Origin: Octopus sinensis
Taxonomy: Eukaryota
DNA length: 64,000 nucleotides
NCBI RefSeq assembly: GCF_006345805.1
Contig: NC_043002.1
Span: 34,038,001 to 34,102,000, forward strand
Reading direction: 5' to 3'
Of the stretch, positions 1-11,015 are shown piece after piece. The notes beneath the pieces were generated by a model that was not told where the DNA came from, did no database searches, and saw only the letters and a list, made by a program, of their open reading frames with translations. Within the stretch, counting starts at the first letter, position 1, and each line of letters begins with the position of its first letter. Position numbers and translations under genes: made by a program.

Positions 1-738
1 ACTTGAACGCTCGAAATGGTAGACGAGGAGTGGCTTAATCTTCAAGTCTCCATACGCATTGGTACAGTTAGCCTATCTTTCATATGCTTGTGGCTTGGCG
101 TTTTCTCCTCTCCAGTTACGTAGGTTCTTCTGGGCTATTTGTTTTTTTTTTCCCCAAAATGGTCAGTTTCATCACAGTTGAATATCTGTTGTGCGATGTA
201 CCCCTCGGCTGCGATGAGCTGACGGAATTCATGCACGAAATTCTCAGCTGCCTTCTTGTTAGAACTCGCTGCTTCTCCATACCTGACGACGCTATGAATA
301 CCAGTTTTCTTCTTGAAATTATCGAACCAGCTGCAACTCTTCTGATGTCTTCTGCGTCGATGTTCCAGGGTTCTGCTTCAGGATATCCCCATTCAACGCT
401 TGTGCTTTCTCGGATATTATGGTCACCATTATCGTATCCCCTGCGAGTTGCTTCTCGTTGATCCACAGGAGAAGCACGTTTTCAATTTCTTCGTGGATAG
501 ATGTGCGTTTGCGTAGAAAAGCCTGGAGATACCCTTTGCTGTTGAAATGGCCTTGGTCTCGTCTTTTATTGTTTCAAGATGCTGCAGATCGTCAACGTGC
601 TTCGGTCGTATTGGGTACTATGTCCACTACACGTACTCCTCTCCTATGTTTATCAATGATTTCCTTCTTCAATCCTATCGTAATCAGCTTTTTCTTCTTC
701 TCAGCACTGTCCTTTGCACTAACCTTCTTAGGACATAT
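1..738 (-). pseudogene. Frameshifted Tigger/TIGD1-like (CENP-B HTH + DDE) transposase
   Basis: Piecewise minus-strand translation: PKKVSAKDSAEKKKKLITI..KKEIIDKH; IHEEIENVLLLWINEKQLAGDT; WFDNFKKKTGIHSVVRYGEAASSNKKAAENF; AEGYIAQQIFNCDET; KDRLT; GDLKIKPLLVYH. Several stops and frameshifts. Confidence 0.9.
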
Positions 739-1001
739 GGCTAACACAACTAATTATTATAAACTAATCGCAAACGTGCACAAAACTAAAACAAACAAAC
801 AAACAAAAAACACTGGAAACAACACAACAGGGATGCTGCGACAACGAAATAAACACGTGAACTGAGCAAGCAAAGGCTGCGCATGTTGGGAGCGCGTGTG
901 CGAGCTCAGCGCCAACTTGCGGTCGCTTGTATGAAACTTGTACTGCGGATTTCCACACGTACTTCATGACAAAAATTACTCGTACCGCGAGGGTTCTACT
1001 G
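1..1001 (-). mobile_element. Tigger/pogo-family DNA transposon, left part (runs off the window start)
   Basis: On the minus strand the end reads TA|CAGTAGAACCCTCGCGGTACGAG (TIR-like end, TA target at 1002-1003), followed by a decayed transposase. Confidence 0.85.
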
Positions 1002-1024
1002 TATGTATAAATGTATATATATAT

Positions 1025-1092
<68 letters not shown>

Positions 1093-1224
1093 AGATAATG
1101 GTGTCATTGAGACCCAAAGGTGTCAGGTAATGCTGAATAAGTGCTATAGACAGACCATAGTTAAGTTCCAGATTCGGTAATATTGTGAATAAAGGGTTCA
1201 ACGTTGGTTCTATGTCAGCGTGTG

Positions 1225-1819
1225 TATATAAGAATTTTTTGCGTAATAAGATAAAAAAAACCCATGGCTCTGTAGATATTAGAGCATTTATAGATAGAAA
1301 GTCATACAACTGTTTCCAGAATATTTATTAATTATATCCCTTCATCGGAGACAGTATGAAAGGATAGTTAAGTCATAGTTAGTTTAGATGTGATACAAAA
1401 TAGAGAGTGAGGTGGAGGAAAGAAAATAGATGCAAGATGTGTATGGGTATTGAAGTTGTAAATCCATTTTTAGGCATAATGGTATATATGCAATGTTCCA
1501 ATATCCTATGAGTAAAGTCCAAAAGTCCAACAGAGTTTAAAATGATATTGGAATATACCATTATGCCTAAAAAGTGGATATTGGAATATTGCAATACCCA
1601 TACATATCTTGCATCTATTTTCTTTCCTCCACCTCACTCTCTATTTTGTATCACATCTAAACTAACTATGACTTAACTAACCTCTCACACCGTCTCCGAT
1701 GAAGGGATATAATAAATAAATATCCTGGAAACAGCCGTAAGACCTTCTGTCTATAAATGCTCTAATATCTACACAGCCTTGGTTTTTTAAAACTTATTAC
1801 GCAAAAAATTCTTATATAT
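1225..1819. mobile_element. Palindromic (foldback) mini-element with an HHR motif on each arm, next to (TA)n
   Basis: About 1225-1450 is the reverse complement of about 1593-1819. There is an inner IR, TTTTTAGGCATAATGGTATAT / ATATACCATTATGCCTAAAAA. Confidence 0.85.
1692..1743 (+). ncRNA. Minimal type I hammerhead ribozyme motif, U4C core
   Basis: GTCT-CCGATGA-A-GGGATA(loop)TATCCT-G-GAA-ACAGCCGT-A-AGAC. Stem I is GTCT/AGAC with a GUA site. The mirror copy at 1301-1352 (-) has ACAGTTGT, so the consensus is the palindrome ACAGCTGT. Confidence 0.6.
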
Positions 1820-1820
1820 A

Positions 1821-1870
<50 letters not shown>

Positions 1871-1924
1871 TATATATATATTTGTATACGTTTATATATT
1901 CGTTTTGCAAGATTTTTGATGTGA

Positions 1925-2856
1925 CAGCACGGAAGATCTCAGCAGGATCAACGACTGTAACAACACCTACGAGTTGACAGGATGTATAGTGGGTAGCATG
2001 GATGTGGTACCCCTATACCCATCAATCCACGTGGATTTTGAGGTGGAGAAGTGCGTGGAGATGATCAGGGAGAGCAAAGTGGAGTTCCGCAGTATAACAC
2101 AGAGGAACTGGGCCTCCTACTTAGACTGACATATGACAATGATACCTAGACAAATATGACCTTAGAAGCTTCTGCCCCAGTAGACGTTTAAGAGGTAGAC
2201 CCCCCCCCCACAATTACTTCTATGACTAGGAAGGCCCCTATAGAGAGATGGAGCGGATAGACCAGACCCTTACGGATCCCCGAAAACCAATATCAAGTAA
2301 AGAAAATGATCGCATATGCCCTAGGAGCTAGTATAAGAGTTACCCTAAAAGGCCACACATTTAAGTTTAACAACAAAATACACGCCCAGAATGAGCTGGG
2401 GGCCATCGGGGTTATATCGCCGGTGATGTGGCCAACCTTTTCATGGTATGGTGGGACAGGAGGTTTAAAGAACGCCTGACACAGAACTCCATACTCATGA
2501 ATATGTACTCTCGTTATGTCGATGATATCAACATAGTGGTAAAGGTACCCCCACAAGAGAGTGCTCTTGAAATAGAAATAGAAACTAATATTATGGAGAG
2601 CATCCAGCAAATAGCTAACTCCATCTACCAGAGTATTAAAGTCACGATAGACTACCCTACGAAACACCCTAACCATAGATTACCAGTACTAGATACAGAA
2701 CTCTGGCTGGAAACTGTGAATAATAAAACCCAAATCCTCCATTCACACTATGCCAAACCTATGGCCTCCAAATAACTAATCCACCGGAACTCAGCTATCG
2801 TGGACAATACCAAATTCAACATATTGATGGCAGACCTCATCAGAGTAATGAGAAAT
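1925..2856 (+). pseudogene. Penelope-like element (Neptune-like) reverse transcriptase fragment
   Basis: GCIVGSMDVVPLYPSI (RT motif A) near 1980. ORF 2428-2775 reads ANLFMVWWDRRF..YSRYVDDINIVV..IKVTIDYP..LPVLDTELW..ILHSHYAKPMASK. Frameshifted. Confidence 0.85.
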
Positions 2857-3155
2857 GAGTAATGAGAAATGAAAAAGGTAGAAATGAAAAAGTAAGTAGA
2901 TAAAAACAAATGAATAAAATAAATAAAAGTAAATTAAACGAACGTGTATAAACAGGGGCTACTGATAATGCAGGTACCATACACATTCCCACACAAACAC
3001 TTATTAGACATAGACACACACAAGGATATACGCATGTGCAAATAAAGACACACAGAGGAATATACGCATGCGCAAATAAAGACACCTATAACAGGAAAAC
3101 AAAATGGCAGATCCTTAGTAAAGAGAGACACAAAAAAGAAAGAAGAAAGGAAAGG

Positions 3156-3216
3156 ACCACTGATGAGGTCACAGAAGTGTGAGGAAAGAACTCTGGCCGA
3201 AATACAATTAATATGA
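3156..3216 (+). ncRNA. Decayed HHR motif downstream of the PLE RT
   Basis: CTGATGA-GGTCA..TGGCC-GAA-ATACAATTAAT-A. Core and 5-bp stem II are intact; stems I and III are weak. Confidence 0.45.
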
Positions 3217-3550
3217 AATAAAGCTGAAGCAAGTGAACACCAAATGTATAGTGCGTGTGTTTTCATTGGCTAAACTGGCAACATGATCGTCCCCAAATAC
3301 AACAATATATATATATATATTGAGGAGCTTTCAAAACAGGTATAAGTCCATATTTGGACGATTTTATGATGACCATTAAAATGCAATCTGCAAGTTGCTG
3401 GCTTCACGCACGTGAAATCTTTTCCAGTAAAACTGGGATAGATGCTATATAGACAGTAGTCTTCCTATCAAAATCAGATATATTCAAGTTATTTTCCTCA
3501 ATTACTCAAAAGCCATTCCGATGCATATATCTGGCTTCTAAAGTAAGCTC

Positions 3551-3599
<49 letters not shown>

Positions 3600-4109
3600 A
3601 AACGTAAGATAGGGATTATAGGTGTAACCCACTATGGGATATCAGTTATCCAATATACTGTTGGTACTAATGCAATTAATTCATTTATTGTATTAAACGG
3701 GTAAAGGTAAAGAAATATTTTTACCGTAAGTTTATAATACAAATAAGAAAATGGAGAAACAAATTTAGTTTGTTCATCAACTTACGGATATTATAATGTT
3801 AGATTATTTATTCATTTTGATGAACAAACTAAATTTGTTTCTTCATTTTCCCACAAGAGTAAACAAGAGAGACAGAGAAAGGCAGAAACAAAGAAAATGC
3901 CACTTATATTTGAACACTATACAAATAGTCTTTAAAAAAAACTTTTCTTTTAATTTTTCTAAATTCAATTATTTAATTATTACAGTTGAAAAGGTCTCAG
4001 TGACTGAAACCAGTACTGAAATGTTCGTTATAAAATTATCTTAGCATTTTCTATCCTGCCTTGTCTTTTCATAAATATATATATATATATATATAATATA
4101 TATATATAT

Positions 4110-4173
<64 letters not shown>

Positions 4174-4574
4174 TGTGCGTAGTGTGTGTGTGTGTGCGCG
4201 CGCGCGCCGTTATGGAATATATTATGGAAACAGAATTGTTATCTAGTGACTCGAGTTTCACAACACAGTAATTTTCCCGGTAACTTCTCACAACGAAAGC
4301 CAGAAAACAATTCCCGAGTTGCATTCCATTGTGGTTTTGGGAAAAGAACACAGTTGTGACAAGTAAAGAAGTAAGATCCGTTTGTAAGCTTCTTGTCATG
4401 GAGAGCTGAAAAAAAAAGGAGAGACAGAGAGGATACAAAGAAGCAGTAACAGCAACAACAACAGATGCAACAACAATGACTGCACATCCCAAATGCTGCT
4501 GTTTCAAACGCATCATCGGTTGTTGCTAGAAGAGTGGGAAATAAATGAGTTCGTAAAGATAGAGAATATCTAGG

Positions 4575-4757
4575 GATGGCAGGAGGATAGTCGATTGCAT
4601 CGACTCCCAGTGCTCGACTGGTACTTGTTTTATCAATCCCGAAAGGACGAAAGGTAAAGTCCACCTTGGTGGAATTTGATCTCAAAATGTAATGTTCTGA
4701 AAGGAATACCGCTAGGCATTTTTCCGACGCTCTAACTGTTCAACTAGTTCACCACTT
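4575..4757 (-). mobile_element. tRNA-derived SINE family A (central GCCTTTCATCCTTTCGGGGTCGATAAAATAAGTACCAG domain, MetaSINE-like)
   Basis: Diverged reverse complement of the family consensus seen in many copies in this window. Confidence 0.8.
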
Positions 4758-4774
4758 TAAACGATAGACTAAAA

Positions 4775-4982
4775 ATGGTTTCAGATTTTCGCACAAGGCC
4801 AGTAATTTCGAGGTAAGGGATAAGCTGATTACATCGACCCTAGTGTTCAGTGTTTATCGGCCCCGAGAGGATGAAAGGCAAAGTTCACCTCAGTGGAATT
4901 TGAACTCAGAACATAAAGACGGACGAAATGTCGCTAAGCATTTTGTCCGGTGTGCTAACGATTCAGTCAGTTCAACGCCTTT
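4775..4982 (-). mobile_element. SINE family A
   Basis: Contains GAATTTGAACTCAGAAC (B-box, reverse complement) and the central domain. Confidence 0.8.
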
Positions 4983-5126
4983 TGATAAGAGTGATAATAA
5001 GAATTGTTCTGGAAGTCACCAAATAATTACACCTTAATTTCCAGGAATTGAACCCTTTTCACCCACACTGGTGTATATGGAGGTGGGAAGCAGTCAAGGT
5101 CAAACTGAGAAGCGGTTTCTTTTTTT

Positions 5127-5318
5127 TTGGACCAGGAGGAGGTAGTGTGGTTATAGGGCCTTACTTCGGTTGAAAGTAAACATGATAAATTTTGTCCTAT
5201 TGGTTTATTAGAGACCCCCTCCATAAGGTCAATTTTTTTCTATTGGACCAGGAGGAGGTAGTGTGGTTATAGGGCCTTACTTCGGTTGAAAGTAAACATG
5301 ATAAATTTTGTCCTATTG
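5127..5318. repeat. Perfect 76-bp direct duplication, period 116
   Basis: TTGGACCAGGAGG...TTTGTCCTATTG occurs at 5127-5202 and 5243-5318. Confidence 0.9.
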
Positions 5319-5439
5319 TTTCTTTCCCATGTGTTGGTGGGTTGCCTTAAGGTTTTGTGTTATTTATATTTTATTTATATTTGTGTATTTATATATTCAT
5401 TTGCATTTGCATCAAAGCAATTTCTGATGTCCCAATATA

Positions 5440-5960
5440 TAGGGCGACGAGTACCAGTTACGCACTGGGGTCGATATAATCGCTTAATCTGTTTGTCTGT
5501 TCTTGTTTGTCCCCCCTTGTGTTTAGACCCTTGTGGGTAGTAAAGAAATAGGTATTTTGTCTGCCGCTACGTTCTAAGTTCAATTTCGCCGAGGTCGACT
5601 TTGCCTTTCATCCTTTTGGGGTCGATAAATTAAGTACCAGTGAAGCAGTGGGGGTCGATGTAATCGACTAGTTCCCGCCCCCCAAAATTTCAAGGCCTCG
5701 TGCCTTCAGTAGAAAGGGTTATTATAATTATTGATGTACTGAAGGTGGCGAGCTGGCAGAATCGTTAGCACCCCGGGCAAAATGCATAGCAGCATTTCGT
5801 TCGTCTTATGTTTTAAGTTCAAATTCCATCGACGTCGACTTTGCCTTTCATCTTTTCGAGGTCGATAAAATAAGTACCAGCTGAGCAGTGGGATCGATGT
5901 AATCGTGTAGCCCCCTCCACCAAAATTGCTGGCCTTGTGCCAAAATGTGAAATCATTATT
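5440..5960 (+). mobile_element. Two adjacent SINE family A copies (the first is composite)
   Basis: Head GGTGGCGAGCTGGCAGAATCGTTAGC at about 5744; central domain present twice. Confidence 0.85.
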
Positions 5961-6329
5961 AATCTACGGGAATGAACCGGTATCTCATCCCTTTTGGGCT
6001 TTGTTTTGTTTTCTATTTTAATTCCATTCACATCTCAAATGCCTTATAAGAATATAAAAACAACCTTAATACTTGTTTGATTTTTGTCTAACCTGGAAAG
6101 ATGCAAAGTAAAGTTAACCACGGCCAGATTTGAACTCAGAAGGCAAAATATAAAAGGCAGAATTTAAATACTTAAAGGCATTTAGTGACAAAATACCATT
6201 CCTTAGCTTAGATAGCAATGGTACAACCAGAAAACTGCATCGTTATTATTATAGTTTTTTCCCTTTGGGTCCAAGACTCATAAAGCTGTTTACCTAGTCT
6301 TCATGGCGAATAAGTGTCCTAGATCACAA

Positions 6330-6525
6330 CATTCCCTTCAAAACCAGCAATTTTGATGAAAGGTGACGAGTCAATTACGTCGACCTCAGTACTTGACGCA
6401 ACTTTTTCTTTACAACCCCGAAAGGGATGGAAAATAAAGTTGGCCTCGGCGTGATTTTAAACTCAGCACGTAAAGAGCAGGAAGATGCATTTTGTCAATC
6501 ATGCTAACGATTTTGCCCGTACGCA
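6330..6525 (-). mobile_element. SINE family A, diverged
   Basis: Reverse-complement match to the head and central domain. Confidence 0.7.
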
Positions 6526-8092
6526 TTCTTGATTGTGAATACTGTAGAGTGTATTATAAATTAAGCTGTATCATGTTTTTACAAGAACTAAATAAAATAG
6601 GCACGTATATTTGTAACATAAACGATTTTTATTCTTATAACATTAATTAATAAATTATTATTATAATCATAGTAAGTAATCAAATAAAATTTTATTGATA
6701 GAAAACTTGACAAAGATGGTGATACAAGTGATTTCTGATTTTTAGCCCCTTTCTCATAAACGATTCAGAGAGAGAGAGGGGGGAGAGGGAGAGAGAGAGG
6801 ATGGGAGAAAGAGAAAGAGGGAGAGAGAAGGAGGAGAAAGAGAAAGAGAAAGATGGAGAGAGAGGGGGGGGAGAAAGAGAAAGAGACAGTAGGCAAGGTA
6901 ACGGCCCTAGTACCTGACGTATACATTGATCATACATCCGCATCCTTGGAAATTCGAGTAGTATGTAGACATCGTACCCTCACGTATGCCTTCCCTCCAT
7001 TTTCGCTTCTGATTCCGTCCAACAAACGAACAATTTTATGGCCTTGTAGGCATTAATAATCGTTTGAGTATCCTGAATAATTTTCTCCAAAAGAATTTCA
7101 GGTTGGAGATACAGGATTAGATATAAAATCTATTGGAACGGTAATGTTGTCAATGCAGCCTTTCAGAGGTAGGAATAAATTGTCTTTACCATTCTCTATA
7201 ACTATGTTCAGTTCAATGGTTCACTGAAATAGTTGTATTTACTGTGGTATTTAATACTAATCCTTTATGCTCTGAGTATCCTTCTGAGGTTGATAAAATT
7301 GAATAGTATTAGTTAAACTCTGAGGTTGATGAAATTGATCCAACTTTCCCTTCACAACTCACACTCCTTTTAAATTCAGGGAAAGGTGTAAATTCGATAC
7401 TATAGTCCTAGATAGTTTTAACCCTCTAGTACTTAAACCAGCCATATTAAACCCATATATTCTACCTACTTTATGCTCAAACTGGCTATATCTGGTCTCT
7501 CACACCTACTCTACAGTGTCATTTTAAAAATAAACAATCATATAAGTAAATGTATGAGATAATGAATGATTACTTCAAAATAACCCTTTCTATTAAAGGC
7601 GCAAGTGATTACTTCTAAATAACGTGAATAAATGAGCATTACATTTGACTGAATGCTCTGAATGTTAAATGGTTAAAAAGATGAGCTTTTCACGGCAGGA
7701 AAACTAACTTGGGGCTGACAAAATGACTGTATTGTATGTCACATCTCTATGTTTTAAGCTCGAATCCTGCCTGCTCTAAATTTTTCATTCGTTTATTTCA
7801 AAGACACCCCTACAATTTGTCGCCATTCATATTCTAATCTTACCGCTTTTAGTTTGCCTTTGTACCAAAGAGGTACCTCATTTACTTCGAAATTTGCTAT
7901 TAAATTGTGGTTTTGGCCGAGTTGGCTGCTATTTCTAGCATGTAAAAATTACCTGTTAAAGGGTAATTTTCTATTTTAAAATATGAATATGTTGTCTATT
8001 GACTATTTATACATGCTGGGCCACTGGTGGTGATATTAATAACGAATATTCGCCACCCTATATATGTATCTTATGTATATATATATACATAT

Positions 8093-8248
8093 ATACGACG
8101 GGCTTCTTTCAGTTTCTGTCTACCAAATTCACTCAAGGCTTTGGTCTGCCTGAGGCTATAGTAGAAGACACTTGCCCAAAGTGCCACAGTGGGACTGAAA
8201 CCGGAACCATGTGGTTGGTAAGCAAGCTACTTACCACACAGCCACTCC
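8093..8248 (-). mobile_element. SINE family B (tRNA head + CORE-like TTGGGCAAGTGTCTT), head part
   Basis: Reverse complement reads GGCGTAGGAGTGGCTGTGTGGTAAGTAGC..GGTTTCAGTCCC..TTGGGCAAGTG. Confidence 0.85.
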
Positions 8249-8261
8249 TACGCCTATATCT

Positions 8262-9113
8262 TTTTTTCTTTTACTTGTTTCAGTCATAAGACTGCGGCCA
8301 CGCTGGGGCACTCCTTTGAAGACGATTTAGTCGAATGAATCGACACCAGTACTTATTTCCTTTCTTTTAACTTTTTTTAAAGCCTGGTACTCATTCTATC
8401 GGTCTTTGTTAACGAACCGCTGGGTTACGAGGATGTAAAGACACCAACACCGGTTGTCAAGCGGTGGTGGGAGACAAACACAGACTGAAAGACAGTCACA
8501 CACAAACACATGTATGTATGTATGTATGTATGTATGTATGTATGTATGTATGTATGTTGTATGTATGTATGCATGTGTGTATGTATGTATGCATGTGTGT
8601 GTGTATGTGTTGTATGTATGTATGTATGTATGTATGTATGTATGTATGTATGTATGTATGTATGTATGTATGCATGTATGTATGTATGTATGCATGTGTG
8701 TGTGTATGTGTGTATGTATGTATGTATGTATGTATGTATGTATGTATGTATGTATGTATGTATGTGTATGTATGCATGTGTGTGTGTGTATGTGTGTATG
8801 TGTGTATGTATGTATGCATGTATGTATGTATGTGTGTGTGTATGTGTGTATGTATGTATGTATGTATGTATGTATGTATGCATGCATGTATGTATGTGTG
8901 TGTGTATGTGTGTATGTATGTATGTATGTATGTATGTATATACATGATGGGCTTCTTTCAGTTTCCGTCTACCAAATCCACTCACAAGGCTTTGGTCGGC
9001 CCGAGATCGAGATTATAGTAGGAAACTCTTGCCCAAGGTGCCACGCAGTGGGACTGAACCCAGAACCATGTGGCCAGGAAGCAAGCTTCTCATCACACAG
9101 CAGCGCCTGCGCC
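8262..9113 (-). mobile_element. Full-length SINE family B with an internal (ATGT)n expansion of about 430 bp
   Basis: Tail at 8262-8505, microsatellite at 8510-8945, head at 8945-9113. Confidence 0.9.
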
Positions 9114-9589
9114 TAGATATAACTACATAAGGTCCACTGCAATAACGCTTTAGGCTAAGTGATAGTACCAGTTATATATCCTGGGCGATTAAATCAACAA
9201 CATCCTTCATCATAATTTACGGGCTTATACCATTGTTAGATACCAAAAATAATAATATGTTTAGAAGTTAATATATCAATCCTAAAACTTAACTCACTTT
9301 TTCTCAAAGTTTACTTTTTTTTTATCGAGTTTTCTAGAAAGTTAGAAGTTGAGAGAAGGGAGTTAGGGTGGAGGGTGGGTGACAAGCGGTTGTACCACGT
9401 GATCTCATATTTTTGTTCTGTTCCCGAACTTTGGTCCTTGGGATTTGGTAAATTGCAAATATAGATAGAAATAAATACAGATGATTTCTCTCTCTCTCCG
9501 CCACTACCCTCCCCCACTCTCTTCTCTCCCACCCTTGCTATTCTCCTTTCCTTTCTCCGTCTCTCCTCGATCGGAACACGCATACACAG

Positions 9590-9800
9590 GTGATGCACGT
9601 GTGTGTGTGTGTGTACATGTATGTATGTATGTATGTATGTATGTATGTATGTATGTATGTATGTATGTATGTGTGTATGTATGTATGTATATGTATGTAT
9701 GTATGTATATATGTATGTATGTATGAATGTATGTATGTATGTATGTATGTATGTATGTATGTATGTATGTATGTATGTATGTATGTATGTATGCGTGCAG
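9590..9800. repeat. (ATGT)n microsatellite
   Basis: Direct reading. Confidence 0.95.
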
Positions 9801-9984
9801 ATATGTATATATGAATGAAAAATATGTTTGTGTATGTATGTATAGATCGATTCATCACATTCGGTCGTTTGATCTCTGTAACTAAACTCACGAGTGGACT
9901 GTGCTATGGGTGGGTGACGGGATGGGATGGGAGGATGTGTTATGAGAAGCGGAGGGTGGCGGTGGTGGAGAAAGTGTGTAGGCA

Positions 9985-10103
9985 GTGATGATGATGATGA
10001 TCATCATCATCATCATGACGACAACGACGACGACGACGACTATGAAGACTACGACGATGATGATTACGATGACGATGACGATGATGACGATGATGATGAT
10101 GAC

Positions 10104-10137
<34 letters not shown>

Positions 10138-10349
10138 GTAGTTATAGCTGTAGTTGTAGCGGCGCGGCGGCGGCGGCGGCGGTGGTGGTGTTAGAGAGGT
10201 TTAAAGCTGCGTGATATTTCCCCCAGGTATATTCTCACCTTTGCTACGTTATTAACTGATTGAATTACTGCGGGCAAAGAACCGCTCAACTAACTGTTGA
10301 CATCATTAAGGTTCTCCAACAATATTTTTATGAACGTTTATCTCCCCTT

Positions 10350-10402
<53 letters not shown>

Positions 10403-10789
10403 ATACATCATATACATGCTGTGTGTGTGTGTGAGTGAGTGTGTGTGTGTGGACAATATATCATTTTAAACTATCATAAAACGAAAGGACACAGTTTTAT
10501 GGCGTGTGCAAAGGTGACGGGTTGGCAGAAACAACGGTCAGCAAACGGTAAAACGCGGCTGTTTTTGTTGGGTTTGGCAGGGTGTGGTGGTGGTGGTGGC
10601 GGTTTGCGGTGGTTTGGACAGGGGTGGGGGGTGGGATGGCGGGGTGGGTTTGGCGGGTGGTTTGGGAGATTCCATAAATGTAGAAATGTTGCTTTAAGTA
10701 TTGGTAATATTTTACACATGGCTTCTGTTTGAGATGTGCGTGTGTATGTGGAAGGTGGGGGTGGAGTGGGACTGAGGCGTGTGTGTGTG

Positions 10790-10820
<31 letters not shown>

Positions 10821-10886
10821 CGGGGAGGTTGAGAGCAATCAGATTACATAAAGCTAGCAAATTCACTATCGTCTTCGTCACCACCG

Positions 10887-10922
<36 letters not shown>

Positions 10923-10960
10923 CCACCGCCGCCACCACCACCACCACCACCACCACCACC

Positions 10961-11015
<55 letters not shown>

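Noticed and set aside
1090-1225. Minus-strand LIQHYLTPLGLND resembling a GIY-YIG C-terminus
   Set aside because: Too short, and its order relative to the HHR arm does not fit a PLE.
8396-9116. Long ORFs such as MYVCMYVC and HTYIHTYI (also 17560-18051, 22986-23536, 39022-40211, 60183-60479)
   Set aside because: They are translations of stop-free microsatellites in several frames at once, not genes.
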